Source: Candidatus Cloacimonadales bacterium (GTDB lineage: Bacteria > Cloacimonadota > Cloacimonadia > Cloacimonadales > DAONDQ01). From it: DNA of 64,000 bases. The position numbers and the translations under genes are program-made. The notes under the pieces were generated by a model. It was given only the letters and a program-made list of their open reading frames with translations. It was not told the origin of the DNA and ran no database searches. The stretch is from assembly GCA_963662275.1 (NCBI GenBank), contig OY759316.1:3200001-3264000 (forward strand), read 5' to 3'. This document shows positions 60,939-64,000 of the stretch, piece after piece; the stretch's first letter is position 1; each line of letters opens with the position of its first letter.

Positions 60939-61214
60939 TTAAATATCATTATCCGAAATAAATGTAGAAATCAGTTTATTGAGACGGTCAATTTCCTCTT
61001 TTAGAGATACGTTCAAATCTTGCAAATCGATCAAGTGTTCAGATAAGTTCAAGGAATTAAGGATGAGCAGTTTATTCTGATCAATGATGTCATATTTATC
61101 ATTCAGTTCTTCCAATTGCTCATTTAGTGAATTGGCAATCCGAATGATTTTGTCAGGATCATCTCCACGTAATTTAAACTTTCGACCGTAAATTTCAACT
61201 TCAACTGATTTCAT
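60939..61214 (-). CDS. zapA: Cell division protein ZapA
   Basis: VEVEIYGRKFKL, then LIL.SLNL and a coiled coil; pheT-zapA-6S-rny synteny. Confidence 0.88.
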   Translation of the reverse strand: MKSVEVEIYGRKFKLRGDDPDKIIRIANSLNEQLEELNDKYDIIDQNKLLILNSLNLSEHLIDLQDLNVSLKEEIDRLNKLISTFISDNDI

Positions 61215-61219
61215 CAAAT

Positions 61220-61543
61220 TCATTTTTCGGTCAGGGGAATCAGTTCATCGATCTGGGAAGTCAATTCATTGTCCAACTCTTCAAATTTGTTGATAAGATC
61301 GAACATATCCTCATTCTTCGATTCCAGGTCAGATAGTTGTCTTGTTTTATCTAGCAGTTGTTTATTTGTTTCATTCAACTGCTGATTTAAGTCTGTTTCT
61401 TTGTCTTTGGAATTCGACAATTCCTCTTTCAATTTTGCATACTCTGTTTCCAGGATGTCATATTTCTTCTTCATTTCTGAATAACCGTCGATTAATTTCT
61501 GTATTTTTTCCTGTAATCCAAATGCCGGTTTGTTATCAGTCAT
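61220..61543 (-). CDS. Coiled-coil protein (ZapB-like)
   Basis: Continuous heptads (LQEKIQKLI...), located between pheT and zapA. Confidence 0.65.
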   Translation of the reverse strand: MTDNKPAFGLQEKIQKLIDGYSEMKKKYDILETEYAKLKEELSNSKDKETDLNQQLNETNKQLLDKTRQLSDLESKNEDMFDLINKFEELDNELTSQIDELIPLTEK

Positions 61544-61546
61544 AGA

Positions 61547-63952
61547 TCACCTCATCTCTATGTTAAATTTTGTTTCTAGATTTCTAATAATTTTTTTTAT
61601 CATAAGATCGATTGTCTCATCCGTCAAGGTTTTTTCGTTAGAACCGATAATTAAGTTCATACTAACGCTATGCCATCCGGTTGGAAATTGCTTCCCTTCA
61701 TAGATATCGAAAAGTTCAACAGCCCTCAGTAATTCAATATTAGAAGTACGAATCTCATCCATAACGGTTCCGATTGACATAGATTGGGATATCAAAAAAG
61801 ATAGATCCCTCTGAACAGTTGGGTACTTGACGATTTCATGGAATGTATGAGAAACTTGTGGTTTGAGTTCCAGTAATCCATCAATATTGAAATCAAATAT
61901 CCAAGCATCCTGCTTGAAATCTGTCACTTCCAAGTCAAATTCTGCAAGGATTTTAGGATCAAGTTTACCGAATGAACCCAGACAAAATTCTCCACTCCAT
62001 ACATCGATTCCATTATCATTTAGAAAGAAAGGTTCGCATGATGTTCTAAAACTTGTATTTTCGATATGAAGCAGAGCAAACATATCTTCAAAGATTCCTT
62101 TCAGATCGTAGAAATCGAAGGACTGCGTTTTATCCTTCCAATGTATGGGATGAGCTTGTCCGGTGATAAAGCCGGAGATACGGTAAGGTTCAACTGCAAA
62201 GCCATCCTTCTTGGGGTGGAATACTTTATTGAGTTCGAAAAACTTGATGTTCTCTTCCCCATGATTGATATTATAAATAGCATTCTTGATCAACTGCGGA
62301 ATGAGAGTGGAACGCATAATACTGGCATTACCAGCTTGAGGGTTTAATATTTTAACAGGATTGCTTCGACTATCAGATTCTGATAAACGAAGCTTGGTTA
62401 ATAATTCCGGATCACTGAAACTTGTATTTATCACTTCATAAAAACCGATAGCTACAAAATAATCCTTCAGCTTCCTGTGGAGATAGAATTTATCCCAATT
62501 CATAATATCTGGAAGTCTTGGCTTTTCCTCTTTCGGATTATAGCCATGAAGACGGATAACCTCTTCAATTAAGTCTATCTCACGTGTCAGGTCTTTGCGA
62601 TAATCCGGTACTTCAAATAATAAAGCACTTTTCTCTTCACCCTTATAGATCAATCCTAGTGCCTGTAAATAAAAAATAATCGTTGGGTTATCGATTGTTA
62701 TCGCCATTAGCTTCCTGACTCTCTCCGGTCTTAAGCTGACAATCCATGAAGGTTTCGGATTGGGGTAACTATCAAGCACTCCTGCACATAATTCTCCACC
62801 TGCTACAGCGAGTATCAGTTCAGCAGCTCGAGCACTGACCACTTCTGCTTTTTCTGCGGATAGATTACGTTCAAAACGATAGGATGAATCAGTAAATATG
62901 TGATAACGATTGGAAGTCCTGCGAATAGTAGCATAGTCGAAACAGGCTGCTTCCAACACGATATTTGTTGTTGTTTCCGTGATATGTGAATTCTTCCCCC
63001 CAATGACACCTGCGAGTGCACTGGGTTTCTTACCGTCGGCAATGACAAGATCATCCGTTGTCAGATTGTATTCTTTTCCGTCAAGAGCTGGGAATAATTC
63101 ATTATTAACCGCTCTCCTGACAACGATTCGATGTTCCTGGAGCAGATCATAATCAAAGGCATGAAGAGGATGACCCATTTCAAACATGACAAAATTGGTG
63201 ACATCCACGACATTATTGATGGGTCTTGAACCTATAGCAATTAAATGTCTCTTTAGCCAATCAGGTGATTCCTGTATCTTCACATTACGAATCATACGGG
63301 CTAAGTAACGCGGACAACGCTCCGGTTCCAAGTTTTCCAGTTGCAGATATTTTTCAATGGGTTCATACTGTGTTAATTGTGGTTTACAAGGTAAATGCAG
63401 GGGTTTTTGCAGTAACGCTGACAGATCACGGGCTATTCCAATCATACCAAGTAAATCAGCTCGATTGGGAGTAATTTCTACTTCGATGACGGTATCTGCA
63501 ATATTCAGATAATCAACTACACTGACACCTAAAAGCGCATCTGACGGTAACTCAATGATGCCACTATGATCCTCTGAAATCTTCAATTCCTGTTCTGAAC
63601 AGATCATCCCATAGGATTCAACCCCCCTGAGTTTGACCTTTTTCAGTACAATATCACCAATCTTAGTGCCAATAGGAGCAAAAGCAACTTTCAATCCCTT
63701 TCGACAATTTGAAGCTCCGCAGACAACATCCAGTTGTTCTGTACCGGTATTCACAACACAATGAGATAGATGATTTGATCCTTCCACCGGTTCACATAGA
63801 AGTATTTCAGCCACGACAACAGAACGGATATCTTCACCGATCGACTGCACAGCTTCCACTTCGATACCAGCAAAAGTAAGTTTATCTTCAAGCTCTTTTT
63901 GTCCTAAGTCAATATCTATATACTCTTTCAGCCATTTTACACTGATTTGCAT
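61547..63952 (-). CDS. pheT: Phenylalanine--tRNA ligase beta subunit
   Basis: VVCGA, LRGVESYGMICS, TPNRAD, INNVVD, HAFD, REIDLIEEV, RDLS. Confidence 0.98.
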   Translation of the reverse strand: MQISVKWLKEYIDIDLGQKELEDKLTFAGIEVEAVQSIGEDIRSVVVAEILLCEPVEGSNHLSHCVVNTGTEQLDVVCGASNCRKGLKVAFAPIGTKIGDIVLKKVKLRGVESYGMICSEQELKISEDHSGIIELPSDALLGVSVVDYLNIADTVIEVEITPNRADLLGMIGIARDLSALLQKPLHLPCKPQLTQYEPIEKYLQLENLEPERCPRYLARMIRNVKIQESPDWLKRHLIAIGSRPINNVVDVTNFVMFEMGHPLHAFDYDLLQEHRIVVRRAVNNELFPALDGKEYNLTTDDLVIADGKKPSALAGVIGGKNSHITETTTNIVLEAACFDYATIRRTSNRYHIFTDSSYRFERNLSAEKAEVVSARAAELILAVAGGELCAGVLDSYPNPKPSWIVSLRPERVRKLMAITIDNPTIIFYLQALGLIYKGEEKSALLFEVPDYRKDLTREIDLIEEVIRLHGYNPKEEKPRLPDIMNWDKFYLHRKLKDYFVAIGFYEVINTSFSDPELLTKLRLSESDSRSNPVKILNPQAGNASIMRSTLIPQLIKNAIYNINHGEENIKFFELNKVFHPKKDGFAVEPYRISGFITGQAHPIHWKDKTQSFDFYDLKGIFEDMFALLHIENTSFRTSCEPFFLNDNGIDVWSGEFCLGSFGKLDPKILAEFDLEVTDFKQDAWIFDFNIDGLLELKPQVSHTFHEIVKYPTVQRDLSFLISQSMSIGTVMDEIRTSNIELLRAVELFDIYEGKQFPTGWHSVSMNLIIGSNEKTLTDETIDLMIKKIIRNLETKFNIEMR

Positions 63953-64000
63953 GCTTATCTACCTGTTTTCCTTATCTGCCTTCGCACTTCTCACTTCGTA

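Noticed and set aside
2612..63474. Numerous short antisense or overlapping ORFs in the six-frame track
   Set aside because: They are shadows of well-supported genes and have no recognisable motifs.

Overview
AT-rich bacterial chromosomal segment, mostly minus-strand genes. It is most consistent with an FCB-group anaerobe such as Cloacimonadota; this is an inference from nine secreted proteins ending in FlgD-Ig/T9SS type-A-like 'YPNPFNP...KMLLLK' tails, butyrate kinase and an Nfn/GltD-type oxidoreductase. Housekeeping content: acpS, tldD/tldE, pdxJ, secG, trpS, rimO, buk, pfkA, tkt, folD, ymdB, rny, zapA, pheT, plus SRP RNA, 6S RNA and one tRNA-Leu. Accessory content: a REP-associated tyrosine transposase (RAYT) with an 18-copy tandem REP array; a 1861-bp DDE insertion sequence with TIRs and an 8-bp target duplication; an acetyl-CoA synthetase / carrier protein / alpha-oxoamine synthase operon next to a second kbl; a GtrA/GT2/membrane-GT glycosylation island with gmd; large secreted proteases and adhesin-like proteins, including a triplicated FG-GAP gene; and several intergenic repeat families. 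Most notable: the ACS-ACP-KBL module, a tRNA-Leu with the rare AAG anticodon, two unrelated 11-bp-phased hairpin arrays upstream of secreted-protein clusters, a DnaA-box cluster away from dnaA, and a transposase whose likely start is out of frame across an A7 run. All calls come from reading motifs by eye; no searches were run.
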